IMG/VR virus record: IMGVR_UViG_3300037882_003154
Coordinates: 57,374 to 121,373 of that record
Source of the DNA: a virus
Length of the DNA: 64,000 nucleotides
Direction: 5' to 3' (one strand)
This document shows positions 56,177 to 64,000 of the stretch, piece after piece. Within the stretch, counting starts at the first letter, position 1; every line of letters begins with the position of its first letter. The translations under genes were made by a program, and so were the position numbers. The notes under the pieces were generated by a model that made no database searches, had not been told where the DNA came from, and worked only from the letters and a program-made list of their open reading frames with translations.

Positions 56177-59100
56177 ATGGCAGTAAAATTTTTCAAATCA
56201 GACCAAACCTTGGATACTGCGGCTAATGCTGTAATTACCACATCATTTTCCGATAAATCTACCCTAAGCTGGTCTTTTTTCTTAAAATCACTACAAGACG
56301 TGAGCGGGTCTACTAGTAATTTTCTTGGTGGTCAATTCTCTCGATTTTTCTTTATGAATCGACCAGTAACAACCTCACCAAATGTAAGGTTTACTGTTGT
56401 TACATCCGGTAGTAATACAAATAGTAGTAGTTTTTATGTTAGCACTGGGGTTTGGACCCATTTTGCTGCAACCCAAACACCAGGAGCCCAATACTTTTAT
56501 GTAAATGGGCAGTTATTAAATTCAGGAAGCAATCCCAATAAAATGGCGTTTGTTTCTGCTAGTACCGCTATTGGATTTAATAGACAGAGCGCTAGTAGTG
56601 GTCATATGATATTTGATGATTTCTCTATATTTTCGGGTATAGTGTTGTCGCAATCACAGGTTAAATCATTAAGAAACAGAACAATTTTGCCAACAGACGT
56701 GTCTTTGTCTGGCAATTTAATGTATTACTACACATTTGATAATCCAACCGGTGGCGTTATAGTTGCCGGAGCCCCCGGATTAACCAATGGTGGGTTCTTG
56801 GGATCTAATGCAGATCTTACTGCCGTGAGTGGTCAACCAGAATGGGTACAAGAGACCGGTGTGTTTGTGTTCAATCTTCAGCCAAGAAGTATTGAAACAG
56901 GGAAAAGCGGCAAAACTATTATAATGACATTTCAGGATATGAATGGAAATACCCAAGACATTAATAATGCAGATCCAACCCAAAGACCCACAATATCAAT
57001 CAATGGCGGTGGTAATATTACGTTACATAGTGGAATATTGCCGGGCGGTGGAGGAACCGTAGACCTTGTAGGTGGAGATGGCTATTATATTGTATATCCT
57101 GTCACGGGCGTAGTAATACAATCTAGTGATGTAGTCAAATTGAGTACAGCAGACGAAGGATATTGGTCACGCATTGATGGTCTTGGTGGTACAGACATTG
57201 TTGTTTCGGGCTCTGTAAATAATTATGTTGGAATGGAATTGTATAATTATGCTGGATTTAGTCCCACAGGATTAAAGATTGGTCTCAATTCTAATTTTTC
57301 TCTATATTACGAAGAGCCCCTATTCCTAGCTGATATTAGCAGGGGTGGATTTAGTGCATTAACAAAAACATCAAGACCTAGAAATATATCATCAACAAGC
57401 GACGACGCTCTTGTATTTCATACAATGGATAATGACTATTGGGGCAGAAGACCCCATATGCCTAGTGGCAATGCCACAATTACATATTATGGCAGTGGAA
57501 CATTTGATACTGCAACAATTACCTCTACCGGAAGCCCCAATTTTGCTGTTAGAAATATAAATCCGACAGGCTCAACCAATATATTCTTTAATACAGTGTC
57601 ACTTCCTATTAGTGGTGTTGAGATATATCCAAGTGGGCACTATGGTCAAATATTTAATCCAAGACTGATACAAATATTAAGAGACACCAAGTGCGCCGTA
57701 TATCGTACTATGAATGCCAACCAGATTAATTCTAGTAGAATTGCTAGTTTTTCTGAGTGGGGAGACTCAGCAGACCAGACACTGGGGTTTGGTTTTAGAA
57801 CACAGGTACCATTACTAAACATTACTTCCTTTGTTAATGTTAGCAGCCTATTGCAAGCCAATAGAATTTTCATGCACATATTCACTTCAGGTGATCATGG
57901 TCTAGTTAATGGTCAAGTAATATCAATGACAGGGGCTCTGACTATAGCTATAACAGGATCGGCTACCACAACCACAACATTTCCGACCACTCTGACACCG
58001 GTGGTTATGGTGACAAGCCCCAGTAGTTTATTAATTCAAAGATTTAAGTCAGATGGCGGTCATGTGTCTGGGGTACAATTTTTCAATAATACAGTATATT
58101 GTCAAAGAGAAAATATATATAGACCATCGTTATTTGCCAAATTGGTTAATGAAGTTCCTGGCTGTGATTTAATGTACTGTATGCCACACGCAATGGATGA
58201 AAGTGGCATGTCTCTGACAATGCATGAACTTTGCCAAAATATTAATACTGATAAAAAGATATATCTTGAGCTCAGTAATGAGACATGGAATCCTGGTGAC
58301 GCTTTCCAACAATATGGATATTTCTATAATGAGGGTCATTTAAATCCAATGTTTGTTACTCCATCTGCTTATGGCGTGACAGTAAATACTACATATATAC
58401 CATTAACAAGCGGTGTAACAGCGACAGGTCAAACCAGAGTTAATCTAGCATATGCCGAAAAAGCTGGAAGACTGCATACAATAGCCAGTGGTGTTATGGC
58501 ACAATATGGTTTGGCACATAATCTAGTAAGAGTGTTTGGCGGCAGAAACAATATCATTGAGGACGGAGAAAGGGTCCTAGAGTGGGCGAGGGCTAGAGGA
58601 TATCAGATAGATGCTATCGCAACAGCCCCATATTATGACAATAGAACCGACGATTTATATGCAAACAACTTCATAGGGCTGGACTCAGAACAGGTCCAAG
58701 ATACCCTATATGCAGCCCTTAAATTTGCGGGTAATAGGCATCAACAGATAGTGAATTATAGAAATCTGGCTAGGACTTTTGGGGCTCGTAATATCTGCTA
58801 TGAGGGTGGTACTGCTGGATTAGCTGTTGGTAGCTCAACTATAGTTAGTGGGATTTTTACCCTAACAGATGTTGTATCTATTAAAGCTGGCAGACACCCT
58901 AGGCTGGCTGATAGCTATTTTTATATGCTTAAGCACTTAGCTGAAAATGGCTATGATCTATTTTGTCATTATAATATAGGTCATTCACTGGCTACTGAAC
59001 CAGATAATCATTGGGGCATGTTCCAATATTATACACAGCCAATAGGAAGGGGCGATGGTAGTGATGGACTAAGAGATAGTAGAATAGATCTACAAGATAT

Positions 59101-59464
59101 ACAACATCATGTATCACATCTTGGATATGCTATGTCGGGATGGAATGATGGGTCCAATTATCAATACAGAAAATTTATATTGGTTCCATCGGGATCCCAA
59201 GCAAATGTAAATAATAAACTAGAAATTATGGGATTTGGACCCAATAATTTTACTATTGGGGTTCTGCCGACAGGACAGCCCAATTCTAATCCTGCTACTT
59301 ATTATGTGGCTGACATATCTATGAATGATATACAGTGGGGCGGTACACTCAGACCATTCCTGATTACATTTGCTAGTGGATATATAGAAAGCAGTACGTC
59401 GGGCGTTACTGTACAAAATAGATTGGGGCAGTTTTTGAGTGGACAGGGATTGAAGCTGAAATAA
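56177..59464 (+). CDS. LamG-like lectin domain + glycoside-hydrolase-like barrel; likely virion/receptor-binding protein
   Basis: WTHFAAT..YVNG..FDDFSI (LamG); YCMPH, IYLELSNETWN, ICYEGG; Ser/Thr/Gly-rich; no signal peptide. Confidence 0.7.
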   Translation: MAVKFFKSDQTLDTAANAVITTSFSDKSTLSWSFFLKSLQDVSGSTSNFLGGQFSRFFFMNRPVTTSPNVRFTVVTSGSNTNSSSFYVSTGVWTHFAATQTPGAQYFYVNGQLLNSGSNPNKMAFVSASTAIGFNRQSASSGHMIFDDFSIFSGIVLSQSQVKSLRNRTILPTDVSLSGNLMYYYTFDNPTGGVIVAGAPGLTNGGFLGSNADLTAVSGQPEWVQETGVFVFNLQPRSIETGKSGKTIIMTFQDMNGNTQDINNADPTQRPTISINGGGNITLHSGILPGGGGTVDLVGGDGYYIVYPVTGVVIQSSDVVKLSTADEGYWSRIDGLGGTDIVVSGSVNNYVGMELYNYAGFSPTGLKIGLNSNFSLYYEEPLFLADISRGGFSALTKTSRPRNISSTSDDALVFHTMDNDYWGRRPHMPSGNATITYYGSGTFDTATITSTGSPNFAVRNINPTGSTNIFFNTVSLPISGVEIYPSGHYGQIFNPRLIQILRDTKCAVYRTMNANQINSSRIASFSEWGDSADQTLGFGFRTQVPLLNITSFVNVSSLLQANRIFMHIFTSGDHGLVNGQVISMTGALTIAITGSATTTTTFPTTLTPVVMVTSPSSLLIQRFKSDGGHVSGVQFFNNTVYCQRENIYRPSLFAKLVNEVPGCDLMYCMPHAMDESGMSLTMHELCQNINTDKKIYLELSNETWNPGDAFQQYGYFYNEGHLNPMFVTPSAYGVTVNTTYIPLTSGVTATGQTRVNLAYAEKAGRLHTIASGVMAQYGLAHNLVRVFGGRNNIIEDGERVLEWARARGYQIDAIATAPYYDNRTDDLYANNFIGLDSEQVQDTLYAALKFAGNRHQQIVNYRNLARTFGARNICYEGGTAGLAVGSSTIVSGIFTLTDVVSIKAGRHPRLADSYFYMLKHLAENGYDLFCHYNIGHSLATEPDNHWGMFQYYTQPIGRGDGSDGLRDSRIDLQDIQHHVSHLGYAMSGWNDGSNYQYRKFILVPSGSQANVNNKLEIMGFGPNNFTIGVLPTGQPNSNPATYYVADISMNDIQWGGTLRPFLITFASGYIESSTSGVTVQNRLGQFLSGQGLKLK

Positions 59465-59473
59465 AAAAAAACA

Positions 59474-59776
59474 CTACAGTCTTTCTGGTTTCAGATATAC
59501 AACCTCTTTTCTGCTACCACTTGAATTTTCATATTGTATGTATGCGTTATATGTTCTACCATCCATCCACGCGGCAGTGTGTATATATTCTACATCGTCG
59601 TCTAGGTCAAACTCAATATAATCTTTAGAAAAATTGTCTGAAATTGGGTAACAATCTCGGCTTGTAAGACCCCATCCATCACTGACTTCTATGACCACCT
59701 TGCCAGACATTCTTTTGGATTTTGGTGGTAGTATCTTAGCCCTGTATTTTATCATAATCAACATACTGCTTTCCAC
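59474..59776 (-). CDS. Hypothetical protein
   Basis: ORF convergent on the plus-strand gene. Confidence 0.45.
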   Translation of the reverse strand: MESSMLIMIKYRAKILPPKSKRMSGKVVIEVSDGWGLTSRDCYPISDNFSKDYIEFDLDDDVEYIHTAAWMDGRTYNAYIQYENSSGSRKEVVYLKPERL

Positions 59777-60074
59777 CGGTCCTTAACCAGTGTCTGATGT
59801 GTTTTTTAGTTGGTTGAATCGGACCGTCTATATCACCATCTTTATAAGCAATAATAACATTTTCAATCTTGGTTTTAAGAGATTCTGCCTCTGATAATTT
59901 TTCCAGTGGTAGTTTAGACTTATGATTAACCGTGAATCTATATTCCAGACTACCAAAACGAGTTGTGACTATAGCTAGGCTACTTGGATATATATTGTAT
60001 GTTTTGCCCCCATGAATAACTACCGATAATTTTTCACGGTTTTTTCGATAGTTTACAAAAGATATATGAGCCAT
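59736..60074 (-). CDS. Hypothetical protein
   Basis: ORF in operon. Confidence 0.5.
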   Translation of the reverse strand: MAHISFVNYRKNREKLSVVIHGGKTYNIYPSSLAIVTTRFGSLEYRFTVNHKSKLPLEKLSEAESLKTKIENVIIAYKDGDIDGPIQPTKKHIRHWLRTGGKQYVDYDKIQG

Positions 60075-60077
60075 GTG

Positions 60078-60340
60078 CTAGGGCTTTTCTAAAGGGTGTG
60101 GCGTATATGCAACATCAACAGAACCACCGTGACACCAAGACTGTGCATATCCACATCTGTCGCACACCCAACCACTTTTTGTAGGAGTTAATACTTCTCT
60201 ACAAGATGCGTTACCACAGGTATATGGATGAAATATGCCAGATGACCGATAGTGTCTTAGGGCTGCAATGTGCTCTTCAGACCACTCGATTTTTTTTTAG
60301 TATCTAGTATATCTGTGGGCGGTGTGTCTTTTGGGTTCAT
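60078..60340 (-). pseudogene. Cys-rich Zn-finger-like gene interrupted by a -1 frameshift at an A9 run
   Basis: Frame 0 from ATG 60340 stops after 27 aa; the -1 frame gives IEWSEEH..HPYTCGNASC..GWVCDRCGYAQSWCH..*. Confidence 0.65.
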
Positions 60341-60693
60341 AATATTTCTAAATCTTCTTCTGGATTGCTTACATAATAATACAAGTGACACTGTAAAACA
60401 TACTGTGTTGACAGAAAATCTCTTATTTGATCACCATTTAGTATTCCTTCTACCATGCCAATGTTAAATCCAGCCACAAACTCCTCAAAAGAAGTGTTCC
60501 TGGATGGTGAGTTGAGTCTAATATCATATACTGGATGATCAATCCAGTCAGGATACTCTCTAAACCAAGGCGCCTTATTATTGCCATTTGTAATAAAAAC
60601 TGTTAGTCCATCATGTATGCCCACAACTCTACCCGTCTGTGGTGGACCTAACTTCTTGGTTACAACAATATCGCCTAGATTAAATCTGGTCAT
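60337..60693 (-). CDS. Hypothetical protein (KOW/SH3-like N-terminus)
   Basis: FNLGDIVVTKK..TGRVVG. Confidence 0.5.
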   Translation of the reverse strand: MTRFNLGDIVVTKKLGPPQTGRVVGIHDGLTVFITNGNNKAPWFREYPDWIDHPVYDIRLNSPSRNTSFEEFVAGFNIGMVEGILNGDQIRDFLSTQYVLQCHLYYYVSNPEEDLEIL

Positions 60694-60697
60694 GTTA

Positions 60698-61201
60698 TTA
60701 CTCTTTCTTACTAACTAATGGCTCATTTTTGTTAGGCGCAATATCATATACATCATTGGTATGTTTGTTTTTGGGCACTATCTCTTTATTAGTAGACTGA
60801 TATCCGAACTGCGCAATTGCCATGTGATATCCATCACTATAATTCTTCCAGTCCAGTGTTTTACAGGCATCTCGCCATCCTGCCTGATAGTCTCCGCCCC
60901 AATCGCCACAGCTACGAATAATAGCGTCCCTATATCCATCATCATAGCTTGGGCAATTGTCTTTTTCTCTTATTTCCTGCTCTAGTATACGTGTTTCGGA
61001 TTCAAATAATGTAATAGAGAACTCTAGTCTGGCATTTGCCTGATCCAACAAATGATTTTGGTATAGTGTATATATGCACACCAGTATAGGTAGCACAACC
61101 AAAAGCTTGTAGTGTTTGAAAATTTTGTTGGTGATTGCGCTCATCATAACTAGTGTGTAGTGTTTGAAAATTTTCTGTTTGTGGAAGATTGCAGTCATCA
61201 T
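60698..61201 (-). CDS. Membrane-anchored protein with duplicated N-terminus
   Basis: TM helix LLVVLPILVCIY, coiled coil, YDDGY/YQAGW/YSDGY repeats. Confidence 0.6.
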   Translation of the reverse strand: MMTAIFHKQKIFKHYTLVMMSAITNKIFKHYKLLVVLPILVCIYTLYQNHLLDQANARLEFSITLFESETRILEQEIREKDNCPSYDDGYRDAIIRSCGDWGGDYQAGWRDACKTLDWKNYSDGYHMAIAQFGYQSTNKEIVPKNKHTNDVYDIAPNKNEPLVSKKE

Positions 61202-61216
61202 AATTAGTGTGTAGTG
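61108..61216. repeat. Imperfect tandem repeat, about 2.1 copies of 48-54 nt
   Basis: tgtagtgtttgaaaatttt...tcatcataa(c/t)tagtg, units starting at 61108, 61156 and 61210. Confidence 0.8.
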
Positions 61217-61251
61217 CCAGAGTGTGAAGAAAAAACTGAGGGGGTTTGTCT

Positions 61252-62325
61252 TTATATTACGGTACCGGTAAACCCAGGATCAACCAGAACATTTCTAAAT
61301 CCCAGAGCTTGTGCTATATCAGCCCTAAGATCTGGGTCTTTTGGCAGTATCTTTAGGTATTTGGTGATTTCCTCCATTCCATATTCAAGTGAGTGTTGTG
61401 GAAAAAGGTAGGGTGATATCTTTTGTGAAGACACAACATAATTTCTTTGGTCTGGGTCCTTGTCATTTGATATGTTTACTGGTATGCCACCTAGGTACAT
61501 AGAAATTTTAGTTACTAGTTCAAGCTTAGAACAATTGATTGAATCATTACCCAAATTATAGACTTCATTAGTTGGTATGGGCGACATTGTATATAAATGT
61601 GCAAAGCTATTCCTTTCGTCTCTAGTGAGCAATGATGCAAAGACCACGGCTACATCTTGAACATGGATAAAATTTCTCTTGGCATCTGGCTCAAATATGT
61701 TGATTTCATTATTAAAGTAACCCCTGTACACTAGGTCATTGACTAAAAGATCGAACCTCATTCTTGGGGCGATCCCAAATAATGTTGCCAATCTAAATAT
61801 CACCCAGTTTTTGGCATTTTTAATAATTGTTTCTTCGGCTTTTAATTTTGTTTCACCATATGAAGATAGGGGTTTGAGTGGGGTTTCTTCCGTACACACC
61901 CCATCTGTATTACCATATCCACTGTTCGTATTAGGATATACTATTAGTGGTGGATTTGGTAAATCTGATAGACCCTTTACCAACCAATCTATGGTTTCAA
62001 AATTAACTCTATTGACAAATTCCGTGCCATAAATACTATCATAGACATTACAGACGGGCATACCAACAAGAGCATGTAATAAACAGACCGTACATGGATA
62101 CCCATTGGTTTGTTTGGCTTCATTGATTATTTCTTGACACGACTCAGGAGAAAAAATATCTAGCCTTTTGACCCTAACATTGTCTCCAAAGCCAAGTGGC
62201 ACATGGTATTGATCATAAGTGAATGAATCAAACACTACTATATCATCTGAATCACCAAACCCCAATATCTCAATAAGTTTTGAACCAAGATAACCACAAC
62301 CACCTGTAATAATTATTTTTCTCAT
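61252..62325 (-). CDS. Extended SDR NAD-dependent epimerase/dehydratase
   Basis: ITGGCGYLGS, YPNTNSGYG, YGETK, RLATLFG, RFDLLVN. Confidence 0.85.
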   Translation of the reverse strand: MRKIIITGGCGYLGSKLIEILGFGDSDDIVVFDSFTYDQYHVPLGFGDNVRVKRLDIFSPESCQEIINEAKQTNGYPCTVCLLHALVGMPVCNVYDSIYGTEFVNRVNFETIDWLVKGLSDLPNPPLIVYPNTNSGYGNTDGVCTEETPLKPLSSYGETKLKAEETIIKNAKNWVIFRLATLFGIAPRMRFDLLVNDLVYRGYFNNEINIFEPDAKRNFIHVQDVAVVFASLLTRDERNSFAHLYTMSPIPTNEVYNLGNDSINCSKLELVTKISMYLGGIPVNISNDKDPDQRNYVVSSQKISPYLFPQHSLEYGMEEITKYLKILPKDPDLRADIAQALGFRNVLVDPGFTGTVI

Positions 62326-62870
62326 GTGTTCTGTATGCCACTAAGGTGCGGGACATCAAAATAATACTCAAAAAATCTATGGGCTCTTTCGGAATTAAAT
62401 AAGAATTGTTCTACCTCTTGTATACTAGAAAAGAAATATTGATGATTTAGACAACCAAAAAGCCAGTGGGGCAGATTGTACTTTTCTTTTTCATACCAAA
62501 TAACAACTGGAATTTTGTTGCGAGCCGCTGTAAAAATCTCATCATATGTTCCGCAAGCCCTATACTCTTCGGTAAGTCGGGCTATTAAGAAATCTGATTT
62601 TAAAACAGCATCTATGTCCATTTTCCTAATATGAGACATGATATAGGATACACGATCAAATTCGCCATCTTTCAATAAGCCATGTCTATTTTGTACATCT
62701 TCATGGCTCTCTATGTATTCTTTGAAAGAGTCAGTTGTGGGGTCTAGGGATTTAGCCCCAACAGCCCACAATATTTGTGATACAGCCCTTCTCCATAGTG
62801 TAGCACCATCTTCGGTACAAGAATCTATGGCGCCGGCTAAATATGCCGATTTACTTAAGAGCGGGTTCAT
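62322..62870 (-). CDS. Nucleoside 2-deoxyribosyltransferase-like / nucleotide N-glycosidase
   Basis: YLAGAID, DIDAVLKSDFLIA, GTYDEI. Confidence 0.7.
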   Translation of the reverse strand: MNPLLSKSAYLAGAIDSCTEDGATLWRRAVSQILWAVGAKSLDPTTDSFKEYIESHEDVQNRHGLLKDGEFDRVSYIMSHIRKMDIDAVLKSDFLIARLTEEYRACGTYDEIFTAARNKIPVVIWYEKEKYNLPHWLFGCLNHQYFFSSIQEVEQFLFNSERAHRFFEYYFDVPHLSGIQNT

Positions 62871-62875
62871 AGTGT

Positions 62876-63193
62876 TTAGGGTATATCTTGCTTTGTGTCT
62901 TGGTAAAAAATCGACAAGTCCCCATTGTTCATTTTACAATCGTCTTCATAGCCGGACACAAGCCTTCGATATATTTCTTGCTTTACACATTCTAAAACAC
63001 CCAGCATAGCATTATAGTGTTGATATCTAAATTTCTGGACCGACCACACACCTTTGTCAGCCAGGAGAGAGGATATTATGTAATTAAATATGCCCTCTAT
63101 ATTATCCGAGTTTGATATGTTCGCTATATCCTCAGACAGTTTTTTTATACTTTTATCCAGACCGTCTCTAAGATCTTGTTTTATATAGGGCAC
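62876..63193 (-). CDS. Conserved phage protein (DUF6899-like)
   Basis: MPYIK..G.FNY.I..YN..LGVLECVKQEIYRR..YED..NGD. Confidence 0.6.
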   Translation of the reverse strand: MPYIKQDLRDGLDKSIKKLSEDIANISNSDNIEGIFNYIISSLLADKGVWSVQKFRYQHYNAMLGVLECVKQEIYRRLVSGYEDDCKMNNGDLSIFYQDTKQDIP

Positions 63194-63197
63194 TTAA

Positions 63198-63386
63198 TTA
63201 CCCGTGCAGATCTGATAAGATTGTTTTAGACTCTTGTTCTTTTTGTATATCACGGGCTGACTTTCCATCAAAAAAACCCCTATAATAGTCTGCAAAATAC
63301 TGTGGAAGATTAAATTTATCAGGTGGGTGTGGATGGCTATTAGTTTTTCCGGCATTATAGCCATCCAGATAATAGTCTCTTTTCAT
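63198..63386 (-). CDS. Small hypothetical protein
   Basis: YLDGYNAG..YYRGFFDG repeats. Confidence 0.45.
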   Translation of the reverse strand: MKRDYYLDGYNAGKTNSHPHPPDKFNLPQYFADYYRGFFDGKSARDIQKEQESKTILSDLHG

Positions 63387-63766
63387 AAATATCTCTCGAT
63401 TACATTGGCTATTGTAGCAAGCTTTAGGTTACGATTGTCATTTAGTGTCGCAATATCTGTTATGTTGCCATTTTTAAATTTAATTTGCACGTATTCATCT
63501 TCATTATTAAGACCAGCCCATTTTAAGACACTTGTTGGCAAGAGTGTTGAAGTCTGATCATATAAAAAGTATTTAAGTGTACCCATAAAGATATAGGGTT
63601 CTTCTTTACATACGCCACGCAATGATGCTAGATGGCATAAAACACCCAGTGGACAATATAATCGTTGTTTTGTAGCCCGATCAAATGCACACAAGCTATA
63701 TGTGCCCTGCTTATATTTTTTGCTTCTAAGAGCTCTGGTCCACATTTTTTGTACAGTCTTATTCAT
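63383..63766 (-). CDS. Conserved phage hypothetical protein (paralog of 20323..20751)
   Basis: W..ALRS.KYKQG..YCPLGVLC..LPTSV.KWAGL..LND..IA.VIE. Confidence 0.7.
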   Translation of the reverse strand: MNKTVQKMWTRALRSKKYKQGTYSLCAFDRATKQRLYCPLGVLCHLASLRGVCKEEPYIFMGTLKYFLYDQTSTLLPTSVLKWAGLNNEDEYVQIKFKNGNITDIATLNDNRNLKLATIANVIERYL

Positions 63767-63986
63767 CTTCCACCATAAAAAGTTCTGGATCTTCATTCAG
63801 ATACATAATAAAACTTGGGCACTTTCTATCGGTTTCTCCTCTATATGAGCTGCAATTGCTACTACTAATAAATGATATTGGCAAAAAGTTTTCAATCTCT
63901 CTAGCTGCAACCCTAGCTTCGATTTGATATTCTTCTAATGGCAGCACTTCTTTATTATTTTTGTCATAAACAGCTATATACACCAT
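63759..63986 (-). CDS. Small hypothetical protein
   Basis: ORF overlapping the next start. Confidence 0.4.
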   Translation of the reverse strand: MVYIAVYDKNNKEVLPLEEYQIEARVAAREIENFLPISFISSSNCSSYRGETDRKCPSFIMYLNEDPELFMVEDE

Positions 63987-64000
63987 ATTTGTATCATAGT

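Noticed and set aside
59461-59475. Intrinsic terminator between the convergent genes
   Set aside because: An A9 tract is present but no GC-rich hairpin is adjacent.
1-64000. Alternative genetic code (stop-codon recoding as in some large phages)
   Set aside because: Conserved genes are full length in code 11, and TAA, TAG and TGA all terminate genes at expected positions.
1-64000. tRNA, rRNA, CRISPR array or diversity-generating retroelement
   Set aside because: No T-loop/CCA-type tRNA signatures, regularly spaced repeats, reverse transcriptase or TR/VR pair were seen by eye. tRNAscan/minced would be needed to be certain.

Overview
AT-rich, very gene-dense window that looks like part of a large dsDNA bacteriophage genome. 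No rRNA, tRNA or ribosomal-protein genes were seen, the standard code 11 fits, and all supported genes lie on the minus strand except one 1095-aa gene. From left to right: (1) a ~15.5 kb glycan-biosynthesis island with four CgeB-like GTs, three GT4, a GT2, a nucleotidyltransferase, a GDP-mannose dehydratase, an SDR epimerase/reductase, a B12-dependent radical SAM enzyme and methyltransferases. (2) A replication/recombination block: sigma factor, SSB, a DNA polymerase III alpha split into two separate genes (the C-terminal half carries a cis-intein), DEDDh exonuclease, primase, DnaB, RecA, a Cas4-like nuclease and several DNA methyltransferases. (3) Nucleotide metabolism: dNMP kinase, MazG, PhoH, NrdAB with a tyrosine-less class Ic-like R2, dCMP deaminase and ThyX. 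(4) An envelope/export module with two secreted c-type cytochrome (CXXCH) proteins, a V/R/Q-rich secreted protein, a matrix-metalloprotease zymogen with a cysteine switch and a holin-like gene. (5) Degenerate DeoC and ClpP homologues, a second sigma factor, a secreted trypsin-like protease, an ATP-grasp protein, a LamG/glycoside-hydrolase-like protein and small accessory genes. A Planctomycetota host is inferred from the cytochrome-type proteins but is not proven. All family assignments come from motifs recognised by eye; no database searches were run.
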